Of a DNA stretch of 64,000 bases, positions 1 through 33,139 are shown one piece after another (within the stretch, counting starts at the first letter, position 1; the number at the start of each line of letters is the position of its first letter). Under the pieces are notes generated by a model, which had not been told where the DNA came from, did not search any database, and saw only the letters and a list, made by a program, of their open reading frames with translations. The stretch comes from Macrostomum lignano. Taxonomy: Eukaryota. The translations under genes were made by a program, and so were the position numbers. The DNA is taken from NCBI GenBank assembly GCA_002269645.1, contig NIVC01003366.1:1-64000 (forward strand), read 5' to 3'.

Positions 1-74
1 CAGCCTGTCTCCCAAATACTGTATCTGAAAATTTTTTTTGTAAAAAAACAACTAATCTAGCGATCACGGTATTC

Positions 75-560
75 AAATCTCCCCCAATCTCACCGAATAT
101 CTCGAATCCCATCAAGTTACTACTGAATCTCCCCTAATCCTCCCGAATCTCCTTGAATCCCCTCAAATCTACCCAAATCCTTTCGAATCTCCCCAAATCT
201 CCGCAAATCTCCCGAAATCTCTCCGAATCTTCCAAATCTCCCCGAATCTCCCCAAATCTCCCCGAATCTCCTCGCATCTCCCATGCAGAATCTCCCGAAT
301 CTCCCAAAATCTCCGAATCCCCCGAATCTCCCCGAATCCCCTCAAAACTCCCCAAATCTCCCTGAATCTCCCCGAATCCCTCAAAACTCCCCAAATCTCC
401 CCGAATCTCCCCGAATCCCCTCAAAACTCCCCAAAACTCCCGAATCTCCCCGAATCCCTTAAAACTCCCCAAATCTCCCCGAATCGCTCCGAATCCCCTT
501 AAATCTCCCCGAATCTTTCAGAATTTTCCTAAACCTCCTCAAATCCTCCTGGATGTCACA
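75..560. repeat. Degenerate ~10-bp repeat (AATCTCCCCG)n
   Basis: Direct reading. Confidence 0.85.
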
Positions 561-999
561 AATCTCCTAAATCTCTCCCAAAGTTCGTATGGAACGAACC
601 AATGTTTTCCTGAATTAAAAAAAAATCCACAAGTGAAGCTCTTGGGCCACTTCTGCTTTAGTATTATAGCACCGTAGATAAACTAATAAATCTGACACTA
701 GTAAATTTGTCTAAAGAACCAGTTAAAATGCAAATTGTTAATTCATTATTCGTATAAATTTAACATACTTTTGTTATTGTTGTGATCGAGCACCGCTATA
801 CTCTCGTTGTAAATATAACGAAAACTCCTACGATCCTATAATCAGATTTTAAATCTGAACCTACAAGGAACTTTTGGTTCCTCCGATTCAGCGCCAAAGT
901 CCCCCCCCCCCAACTGCAGAGGCCAAAGCTTCTGACCCAAATCTAAAAAGCAAATTTGCCGCTACTAAACAAAAATGATACATGTGGCGAGAATCGCGG

Positions 1000-2046
1000 A
1001 TCAATGCAGTGCATGCATCCAAATTCCAGGATTAAATATAGAATCTTAAGAAAGGGCAAACTCTCCCTCTCACTCCCCAAATCCTCATGAGGGATTTCCG
1101 AAAAAATCCTCACAATTTTCCTCCTTAGAATGCAAATTTCTCTTCATAATGCCCCCCCCCAATCGCCTGGGGGGTGGGGTTGGGCGCGGCGGGTACCAAA
1201 AACTGAGTGCCTGCGGCGCTAACATGAGTGCCTGCGGCGCCAAAATGAGTGCCTGCGGCGCCAAAATGAGTGTGCCTGCGGCGCCAAAATGAGTGCCTGC
1301 AGCGCCATAATGAGTGTGCCTGCGGCGCCAAAATGAGTGCCTGCGGCGCTAAAATGAGTGCCTGCAGCGCCAAAATGTGTGCCTGCGGCGCCATAATGAG
1401 TGTGCCTGCGGCGCCAAAATGAGTGCCTGCAGCGCCATAATGAGTGTGCCTGCGGCGCCAAAATGAGTGCCTGCGGTGCTAAAATGAGTGCCTGCAGCGC
1501 CAAAATGTGTGCCTGCGGCGCCATAATGAGTGTGCCTGCGGCGCCAAAATGAGTGCCTGCGGCGCCAAAATGAGTGCCTGCAGCGCCAAAATGTGTGCCT
1601 GCGGCGCCATAATGAGTGTGCCTGCGGCGCCAAAATGAGTGCCTGCGGCGCCAAAATGAGTGCCTGCAGCGCCAAAATGAGTGTCTGCGGTGCCAAAATG
1701 AGTGCCTGCGGCGCCAAAATGAGTGCCTGCAGCGCCATAATGAGTGTGCCTTCGGCGCCAAAATGAGTGCCTGCGGCGCTAAAATGAGTGCCTGCAGCGC
1801 CAAAATGTGTGCCTGCGGCGCCAAAATGAGTGCCTGCGGCGCCAAAATGAGTGCCTGCGGCGCCAAAATGAGTGCCTGCGGCGCCAAAATGAGTGCCTGC
1901 GGCGCCAAAATGAGTGCCTGCGGCGCCAAAAGTGGCAATGGCATAAGGCATGGTCAGCCAGGCCAACCCGGCCCCTCCAATTGAAATTCCTGGCTACGCC
2001 ACTGAAGGACCACTAGAAGTTACTTCTAGTGGTCCTTGCGCCACTG
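1000..2046 (-). mobile_element. End(s) of hAT-like non-autonomous element(s) carrying an internal minisatellite
   Basis: GAAATTCCTGGCTACGCCACTG at 1983-2004 is the reverse complement of a CAGTGGCGTAGCCAGG terminus. A second GCGCCACTG end follows at ~2038-2045, with G/C-tract subterminal sequence at 1140-1190. The partner end was not found, so the start coordinate is approximate. Confidence 0.4.
1200..1932. repeat. 21/23-bp minisatellite AAAATGAGTGCCTGCGGCGCC
   Basis: Direct reading; ~33 copies. Confidence 0.95.
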
Positions 2047-2577
2047 ATGCCCGCGGATGCCAGTCGAAAATATTCAGATTTACCATTTTTTCAACTTCGA
2101 TACGAGAACTGAGCATAAAACTTTCCTAGCCGAGAATTTTAATTTCTATCACGAAGATTTGCTACTACAGTTCTGGCAAAGGATACAAATACAAACTCAT
2201 CCTTGATTTTCATAGCCTCTGAACGGTTTTAAATTTATTGCAGTCTATCAATATTTTATCTGTCTGGGGCCCTCCTTCGATAAAATTTATGAATTCGCCG
2301 AGATTCAACTAAAAAAATAAAGCAGATATTTTGAAGAACTGTGAAATTTTAAACTTTTACTTTTCTCTAATTTCAGAGGCTTGGAAATTTCCATTTTGGG
2401 TAGACACTTTTTAAAAAGATTTCTAAGAAATTTCAACATTTCTTTCGATACATATCGTTGTTTCATTATAGCTCGTATGAGGCCCACCACATCAGTTGAA
2501 TTTATAGCTCGTATAACAAAATCAAATTAGTGCATAATAACAAAGTGCCGCAAAAAAGGCGACAGTTGACCCGCACC

Positions 2578-3064
<487 letters not shown>

Positions 3065-3513
3065 AGGCGGACACATTCAATAAATGTAAGAATTTTCGTT
3101 TAAATTTTTGCCCGCAGATCAAAGGCCAACTGCAAGGTAAAAACCTTTATTATAAACTTCATAAAATGCAAGTTTGTTAGCAAATACTGTATACATGACA
3201 GGCTCCGTTTTAAATGAAAAAAGAGTTTAACGATTTTCAATTAATTGCATGACAACAAACTTTTTTTCTTCAGAAAATCACGTTAAAACAAATGCAATTT
3301 CATTTGAAAACAGACGAAAAATGCTTTAAATGAAAAAAGGAATTTTGATTTTACGTATTGCAGCTCTATAAATGAAAAAAGGAATTTTGATTTTACGTAT
3401 TGCAGCTCGCCACATGCAGCTGGCATGGGAGTTTGAATGAGTTTTGGCACCTCAGAATATGGGATTTTTTGCGTTTATATTTGACTCGCTACCGGTAGAC
3501 ACTATTTTAAGTA

Positions 3514-24478
<20,965 letters not shown>

Positions 24479-26544
24479 TTTTATCTATTTGGCTCTATTT
24501 ATTTTTTATTTCCTTTTTAGCGGCAATAACTGTAATTTTGGCTGGAATATAGTTAATGATAAATACAATTTTTTTTATCAATGTCTTTTAACTATTGTAA
24601 ATGGTTTAACTATTTTGAACAATTAAAACGTTTAATCAGTAAAAACAAAATGTACAATTTTAAACCTCAACGGTCATTGTTGCAAAAATCGTATTCAAAT
24701 CAACAGCTATATTATGTTTGATTGAAGATTTCTCTCATGGTTTATAATCTTTAGAGTTAAGGTAGCACTTTGTTTTTAGAGTTTGTTTTTATAGATAAAT
24801 ATATCAAATTAATGTATAGATTTTTGTACTGTACTGTTGTTAGTTAAATTATTTATAAATTTATATTAGAACAAAACCTTATAAAATTCAAGCATATTGC
24901 GAAATAAAAAGATCGATAAATAATAAAATATATTGCAAATGCAACTGATTTCTCAACCACATTAGGTGCTTGTAAAACTAACAAAGATATGACCTAGACT
25001 ACTGAAAAAGTATCAACAAAAACCTTACGTAACACTTCGAAGATATCTTATAGCGACTAACTGAGCATTATTATCGCTCAGAATTTTGGTTTTTGGTCTG
25101 TTAAAATATGCTAGAAAAATGCAGACGCCCAGACGGTGAGACGGCCAGTAGTGCTCTTTGTAAATTTTCAGTAGAAATTTGCTGATACCTATGATACATG
25201 GATACCTACGCAAATAGATAAGAACAATCAATTTTTAATATATGGTATGGACTTTAACAGCGTTTGTACTGTATTGTATATAAAACTAAAAGCTTATAAA
25301 TAAATCTAGGCTAGTTTGACTAAAACTGCCGATAATCAGTCAAATCAAATAAAGAATTTGCCTAGAGGCAATGAGAACAACGGGTTAAAACAAAATTGTA
25401 ATTTTATTAAAACATAATTGCATAAATGTGTATGGACATTATTAATTTAGAATTAAGATAAATACTTGTTGCAGTTAATAAGAAATTAAACATTATCTTA
25501 CATATTTTATTATACGCTTCACTTTCAAATTAAAGCGACCTTAGAGCTTTCAAGGGCAGTAAGATGAATTTTTAAACTGAGAATCTTATAAAATCTGATA
25601 ACCTAATCTATAATTATGTGAAAGCCGTCATTAATATCAGAATATTAGACACGTTAGATTTACAATACATGTATGCACAGGTAGAGTGCAAATTTTTAAT
25701 TTAGTGCAGAAAAACGGTACGTGTACGGTAAAGTCATAGACTGTGCTTTTTGTGTTTCAACCAGTTATGTGTATTGTTTCAGCAGGCTATAAATCTCTAT
25801 TGTTCAAATTATGGCATGTGCAGAGCCCTTTAATTCTTGATACATTCACATATTACGTTGAAGGCAGTAAAAATCAGCTTTTTGTTTTGTTGCATTCACT
25901 ATCTAGAATAAGTACATGTCAGTAGAATCCAGGGCTTCTCTAAGATCGACAGATTTGTATTCGGTATGTATGGGTAAGCGAGGAAGTTTTTTTAACTGTC
26001 ACGCTGCCGGCACCGCGAGAAGTTGCAATTACAATTAATAACTAAAATGAACATTTGGAGCAGGGCCTCTTAAAGTATAATTTTTCATATTTACTTGCAC
26101 TATATCCATTTAAAATACGCTTGTACATGTATTCAGTAGCTACATCTGAAAAACTGCATAATTTTTTTCGTTTTTGGGATTTCCGTTGGCGTTGACCAAT
26201 CATTTTTTGCAACAGCAAAAAGACCAATGACAAGTGTGTATTTTGAACGGACTGTTTTGTGCCATGCATTTGTATGTGAAGAATAACTTCTCTAGCAAAA
26301 CTGCTGGGTTCAACCGTTGTGCAACAAAATTCGAAACAATTGTGTTAGAGAACTAAATATAAAGCTGGAAACGCTGGTACCATTTGGCATCTTAAAAATT
26401 CTACAAAAAACCTACAAAATTCATTAAAACAATAATTGCACGAGAAGAATATGGTAAGTTTTGTTCTTTCGTACTCGCCTAATACATCTACTAATTTCGT
26501 TTAATCTTGTAAAATTCATTGTCTATGAACACAGGTAGATAAAG

Positions 26545-27155
26545 ACACTTTAAACTCATGTGGAGACTCTTAAGACTCATACAGAGACACTTGAGACCCA
26601 TATGGAGACACTGTGACTCATAAGGAGACACTGAGACTCACATGGATCGAGACACTTGAGACTCATATGGAGACACTTGAGAACCATGGAGACACTGAGA
26701 GACTCATATGGAGACACTGAGAGACTCATATGGAGACACTTGAGACTCATATGAAGACACTGAGAGACTCATATGGAGACACTTGAGACTCATATGGAGA
26801 CGCTGAGATTCATATGGCAGACACTGAGAGACTCATATGGAGATACTGAGAGACTCCTATGGAGACCCTGAGAGATTCATATGGAGACACTTGAGACTCA
26901 TATGGAGACGCTGAGAGACTCACATGGAGACACTTAAGACTCATATGAAGACACTGAGATTCATATGGCAGACACTGAGAGACTCATATGGAGATACTGA
27001 GAGACTCCTATGGAGACCCTGAGAGATTCATATGGAGACACTTGAGACTCATATAGAGACACTGAGGCTCATATCGAGACACTGAGATTCATATGGAGGC
27101 ACTGAGAGACTCGTATGGAGACACTGAGATTCATATGGAGACATTGAGACACTGG
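26545..27155. repeat. ~21-23-bp minisatellite GAGACTCATATGGAGACACT
   Basis: Direct reading. Confidence 0.9.
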
Positions 27156-27401
27156 AGAACTTCTTGAGTCCAATTCAATCCTACATATGTTAAATTACAT
27201 GGTACTAAAGCAAATCTATTATCTCTTTATTAACTTGGCCTGCATGCATGTACAACTGTCGATCAGACTTCCAAAGCATCTACGACAGCAAGCGCTGGCA
27301 AGGACGGCAGCAAGCGGCCGGTAGCCAGTCTGCTCCAAGCCCACCAAGTGGCCAGTCTTGTTGCGGACCCTCTCGGCCCGTTGAAAGCCGAAGCCGCCGC
27401 C

Positions 27402-30013
27402 ATGGCCGCCTCAGTGTCCGCTCCCATTGGCGACCCGTCGCAGGAGGACAGCAAAGGCGACAGTCTCTGCTCTCGCTGCCTATTCGTTTTCAGCCTGCTT
27501 CTAATAGCCATGGCCTTTCCATTCTCCTTGATTTTCTGTCTCCGCGTGGTGACAGACTACGAGAGGGCGGTAGTGTTTCGCTTAGGCCGCGTGCTCGGTC
27601 AAGACGGCAAGGGTCCCGGGCTGTTCTTCGTGGTGCCCTGCTGCGATCTGGTGCGAAAAGTCGACCTGCGCACCGTGACGTTCGACGTGCCACCACAGGA
27701 GGTGCTCACGAAGGACTCCGTGACGGTGGCAGTCGATGCCGTGGTGTTCTATCGGATCTTCAGTCCGGTAGTGAGCGTCACCAATGTTGAGGACGCCGAC
27801 CGATCAACCCGGCTGCTGGCTCAGACAACGCTGAGAAACGTTCTGGGAACAAAGAATCTGTCGGAGATCCTGTCCGAGCGAGAGGGCATCAGCGGCATGA
27901 TGCAGGTCGGCTGGTGACTTCTGGGCTAGTGGCTTTCTTAGAAATTTGATGACGCACCAAATCTGTTAATGTGGCACCAACCTGTGAATGTGGCACCAAA
28001 TCTGTTAATGTGGCACCAACCTGTGAATGTGGCACCAAATCTGTTAATGTGGCACCAAATCTGTTAATGTGGCACCAACCTGTGAATGTAGCTCCAAACC
28101 TGTAAATCTTAACACAAAATCTGTGAATGTGGCATCAAATCTGTGAATGCTGCGCCATATCTGTGAATGTTGCACAAAATCTGTGAATGTAGCATCAAAT
28201 CTGTGAATGTGGCACCAAATCTGTTAATGTGGCACCAAATCTATGAATGTGGCATCAAATCTGTGAATGTGGCACTAAATCTGTGAGTTTGGCATCAAAT
28301 CTGTGAGTGTGGCACCAAATCTGTTAATGTGGCACCAACCTGTGAATGTAGCTCCAAACCTGTAAATCTTAACACAAAATCTGTGAATGTGGCATCAAAT
28401 CTGTGAATGCTGGCCATATCTGTGAATGTTGCACAAAATCTGTGAATGTAGCATCAAATCTGTGAATGTGGCACCAAATCTGTTAATGTGGCACTAAATC
28501 TATGAATGTGGCATCAAATCTGTAAATTTGGCACTAAATCTGTGAGTTTGGCATCAAATCTGTGAGTGTGGCACCAAATCTGTTAATGTGGCACCAACCT
28601 GTTAATGTGGCACCAACCTGTGAATGTGGCACCAAATCTGTTAATGTGGCACCAAATCTGTTAATGTGGCACCAACCTGTGAATGTAGCTCCAAACCTGT
28701 AAATCTTAACACAAAATCTGTGAATGTGGCATCAAATCTGTGAATGCTGCGCCATATCTGTGAATGTTGCACAAAATCTGTGAATGTAGCATCAAATCTG
28801 TGAATGTGGCACCAAATCTGTTAATGTGGCACCAAATCTATGAATGTGGCATCAAATCTGTGAATGCTGCGCCATATCTGTGAATGTTGCACAAAATCTG
28901 TGAATGTAGCATCAAATCTGTGAATGTGGCACCAAATCTGTTAATGTGGCACCAAATCTATGAATGTGGCATCAAATCTGTGAATGTGGCACTAAATCTG
29001 TGAGTTTGGCATCAAATATGTGAGTGTGGCACCAAATCTGTTAATGTGGCACCAACCTGTGAATGTAGCTCCAAACCTGTAAATCTTAACACAAAATCTG
29101 TGAATGTGGCATCAAATCTGTGAATGCTGGCCATATCTGTGAATGTTGCACAAAATCTGTGAATGTAGCATCAAATCTGTGAATGTGGCACCAAATCTGT
29201 TAATGTGGCACTAAATCTATGAATGTGGCATCAAATCTGTAAATTTGGCACTAAATCTGTGAGTTTGGCATCAAATCTGTGAGTGTGGCACCAAATCTGT
29301 TAATGTGGCACCAACCTGTGAATGTGGCACCAAATCTGTTAATGTGGCACCAAATCTGTTAATGTGGCACCAACCTGTGAATGTGGCACTAAATCTGTGA
29401 ATGTGGCACCAAATCTGTGAATGTAGATCAAATCTGTGAATGTAGCGCCGAATCTGTGAATGTAGCGCCAAATCTGTGAATGTAGCGCTAAATCTGTGAA
29501 TGTGGCATCAAATCTGTGAATGTGGCATCCTAAATCTGTGAATGTGGCACCAAATCTGTGAATGTAGCGCCAAATCTGTGAACTTGGCATTCAATCTGTA
29601 AATTTGGCACCAGATTTATTACAAAATTCATCCCTGCAATCCAGGAGTGCCTCGACCTGGCCACGGACCCGTGGGGCGTCAAGGTGGAGCGGGTGGAGAT
29701 CAAGGATGTCCGCCTGCCAGTCGTGCTGCAGCGCGCGATGGCGGCCGAAGCGGAAGCGGCCAGGGAGGCGCGGGCGAAGGTGATCATGGCCGAGGGTGAG
29801 CAGCGAGCGTCCAAGGCTCTGCGCGATGCGGCAGCCGTGATTGAGCAGTCGCCGTTTGCTCTGCAGCTGCGGTATCTGCAGACTCTGAGCGCCATCTCTG
29901 CCGAGAAGAACTCAACCATCATTTTCCCGCTGCCAATGGAGGTTCTGGCTCACTTTGGCAGCGGTGGAGGCGTCTGCGGCGGTGCCCAAAAAACCGTCGA
30001 GAAGAAAGAGTGA
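27402..30013 (+). CDS. stom: Stomatin / MEC-2-like SPFH (band 7) protein, ~290 aa; exons 27402-27905 and 29645-30013
   Basis: GCCGCCATGG Kozak context at 27402 (the frame is open further upstream, so a 5' exon is possible). Hydrophobic hairpin ending in FPFSLIFC, then YERAVVFRLGR, GPGLFFVVPC, DLRTVTFDVPPQEVLTKDSVTVAVDAVV. Phase-0 junction MMQ|ECLDLATDPWGVKVERVEIKDVRLP, then AMAAEAEAAREARAKV and LQLRYLQTL...EKNSTIIFPLP. AATAAA at 30098. Confidence 0.95.
27955..29612. repeat. ~20-bp minisatellite AAATCTGTGAATGTGGCACC filling the stomatin intron
   Basis: Direct reading; a variant block GTAGCTCCAAACCTGTAAATCTTAACAC recurs at ~28088, 28348, 28685 and 29065. Confidence 0.95.
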
Positions 30014-30189
30014 GCTCAGCGAAACTGTACGGGTCTTGTGGTGACAGAAGCGGGACTGGAGCTGCAAACTTTGATTTTATTTTGTGAACCAATTGCGAAT
30101 AAAGTCCGAAAATGGGCGCTCGATTATTGCGATCCAGAATATTTTTATTGTCGATGTCAATTTGGTTTTAATATTGAAACATGTGTTGA

Positions 30190-30428
30190 TGGTGAAGTGT
30201 GGGGAATGTGAAGTGTGGGGAATGTGAAGTGTGGGGAATGTGAAGTGTGGGGAATGTGAAGTGTGGGGAATGTGAAGTGTGGGGAATGTGAAGTGTGGGG
30301 AATGTGAAGTGTGGGGAATGTGAAGTGTGGGGAATGTGAAGTGTGAGGAATGTGAAGTCCGGGGAATATGAATTGTGGGGAATGTGAAGTGTGGTAAATG
30401 TGAAGTGGGGGGAATGTGAAGTCCGGGG
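30190..30428. repeat. 16-bp minisatellite GTGTGGGGAATGTGAA
   Basis: Direct reading. Confidence 0.95.
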
Positions 30429-32566
30429 AAATTTAAAAAATATCCACAGACAAAGCTAAATTTCACTATTAGTCGAACACAGAAACCTTTTATTTATTTC
30501 TAACAGCACTCTGCACTGGAATCTAATGACTTTTGATTGTGTACAGCAGAGGTTTGCAAGTACTGATAAATGTACTATAAGCTGTATGTCTGGTATTCGT
30601 AAATTTTTAAACCAAATAAACACCCACTTACGAGCTAAATTAGAATTCTGTACTGTAATGCTTTTGATGCTTTATTGAAGAATACTATTTTAGTGATAGC
30701 TCTACTAAAGAATCACCTGTCTTTTGCAGACGGCGGTGCGAAACGAAATATTTTTTGTTTTCGCATTAATTAAATATATAAATCCAGCTCACACACAGGC
30801 ATCTACATGTATCTGCATGTAGGAGAGTACATGTATCTCTATTGCGTAAAGAGTAATGCCTATTTTTCATAGTATATTGACCATTGCTGAGATGCCAATG
30901 GTCAATTGGGAGTTGTTGGTTGGCCAAGAAACAAAGGGAGAGTGAGGGGTAAATAAAGGCTTTGGTTATCTTAGCTTAAGAAACAAACAATGTTTCTTGA
31001 ATGTGTAGAAGGTCAACAGTCACGTGTAGTTCATTCGTTCTTTTATTCCTTTCTTTATTGTCTCCCCAATGGGGGCGCAGATTGCTAGTCCACTATACTA
31101 AAAAAGATTTTTGGATATCTTCTTATCGAATCTTACTAATTACTTAGTAATTTTTGTTGTAACTTGCTCCTATGATATTCCGTCTACCTTTTTGTCACGT
31201 AACTTCACTTTCAATTATAGTGATATAATTCTAAGTAAGTTAATTGGCTGCACTGAACCCAAGGTTAATTAGCACCTGGTCCGTAATTACTCGTAAATGT
31301 ATTGTAATTAATCAACTTAACGCAAGATACACGTAGCTTTGGAATTTTACGACTTAACGAATCAGTTGAGTTTGTACAATTATTTTGTTTGAGAAATTTG
31401 CAACACAGTGAAGGGAGTGCTTTCATTGTGCACTTCTCTTCTCTAGAAAAATCGATTAAAAGGCTAGGCAGCTATGCTTTCTCCACCAAAACCATTTGAT
31501 CGGCGAAAAATTTTAAAATGAGCTTTTTTGCTTTAATTAGGGCTCTCAGTTTAAAAAGCCAAACGTTGAAATGCTGTGTAACTTAGTCAGACAAATATTG
31601 AACGCGGAGCGCTCAAGTAGACTTGAGCACACTAAAGTTTTGAGTAGCAAAGATACATGCAGCGATGGCATTTTGGCAAAACAAAATTTCAGTAATTCAG
31701 CCAGGAAGTTGGACCAGTGTGCAACGAAGCGGGTGTTAGGGTTCCCGCAGTCTGCTGGTGCACGCTAGGGCGCCGAGTCCTGGCGGTTTATGGTGCACTT
31801 CCGGATGAGCAGAGACCGGAGCAGTTGCTAATTGGAGCAATTATTCTCCAAGCTACAAAAGAGACAGTCAATATTCACTCAGGATGATGGGGTAGAAACC
31901 CATAACACTTTGTGGGCATTGTGGTGAGTTAGCGTGCAATATAGTTCCTCCAATATGCTCGTAAATGTATTGGCAGCCAAGGCACATCCGCATACATGTA
32001 TGCGAATTATGGTTTTTTTTAATTTGACAGCATATGCCAGGCTGGGAAAAAGCAAGCATATAGGTAAAGCATAAACATGCATGTATTTCCTACCGATAAG
32101 CAGGGCCGGCGTATGACATAGTGTATGAATCTACATTCGAATTGCCCACGGAAAAACAGACTGCTATTATGACAAATGAAGTAACAAAAATTTCAGCTTA
32201 AAAACAGAGATTTCCCATTAGTTATGATGACTCGCATTGGTTAATTTTGCTTTTATTAATTTAAAGCTTTCAAATGAGAGAGTGTTTAATGTTTCGCCAC
32301 TTGGTATTGGAATCATGCCAGCCGCCTGCTGGGCTGGCGACTGCGGGGTCACGTGATGTGACAGCGGAATTTCCGCAGGCCGCTCCAGCGGCTGCCAGGG
32401 CTTTGTGGCAGGACCTAGTGCGATTTTAGCTCATCATCGGGGTACACTACTGTGCCATTTAAATAAGTAGTGCACGAAAATTTTAAGCATCCAGAAAGTT
32501 TTATTTGACAAATATCTAATAACAAATGGATAAACATCTGATACATGTAGTTAAAAGAAATTTCTT

Positions 32567-32569
<3 letters not shown>

Positions 32570-32635
<66 letters not shown>

Positions 32636-32640
32636 GTGTC
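32570..32640. repeat. (TGTC)n microsatellite
   Basis: Direct reading. Confidence 0.9.
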
Positions 32641-32727
32641 TCAAAGATGCAAAAGTGTGTCTCAGGAATGCTACAGTGTATCTCTATAAGTTCTGCGTCG
32701 TATAAAGCTGATGGGGTCTGGTGTCAC

Positions 32728-32972
32728 CTCTGCCGATTCGTCCAACGAATCGCAGGTCAGCGTATCGAGCCACCTAAGACTCCATCCAGGTCGCGTGATT
32801 CCTCAGCTTAGCGGAGCTGTCAATCTCATTCCCGGTGCTCAGAGTCACCCTGGTACCGTCTGGCACGGACCCGAGGGCGAAAACTTTAAAATTCGTTCGG
32901 TAATTTTATGTTCAAACGCCAATGTCAGGGCAGAGCGGTGCAGATGAAGCTGGGATTGCCAGTTCTAACAAA
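32728..32972 (-). pseudogene. runx: Runt-domain (Runx) pseudogene exon
   Basis: Manual translation: FVRTGNPSFICTALP*HWRLNIKLPNEF(+1 T frameshift)[53 protein letters not shown]. This aligns by eye to the Runt consensus [82 protein letters not shown]. It ends in a phase-1 GT donor (AGA G|GTGAC) at the position of the conserved Runx intron. Confidence 0.85.
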
Positions 32973-33139
32973 TCCGCATGAAGTTTTGAATTCGCAGCTC
33001 AACTGGTCATTTCTACTCTCGTAAAAATCAGCCAATTCAGCTGATTCAGCAGAATGGAAAACTTGGATTGAAACAACTTTGAATAATTTTAAAAATGGGA
33101 TCTTTGAAACAAATCACAAGGATTATCAAGAATAAAAAA

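Noticed and set aside
3328-3408. 42-bp tandem duplication
   Set aside because: A simple two-copy duplication in a putative 3' region, with no functional signal.
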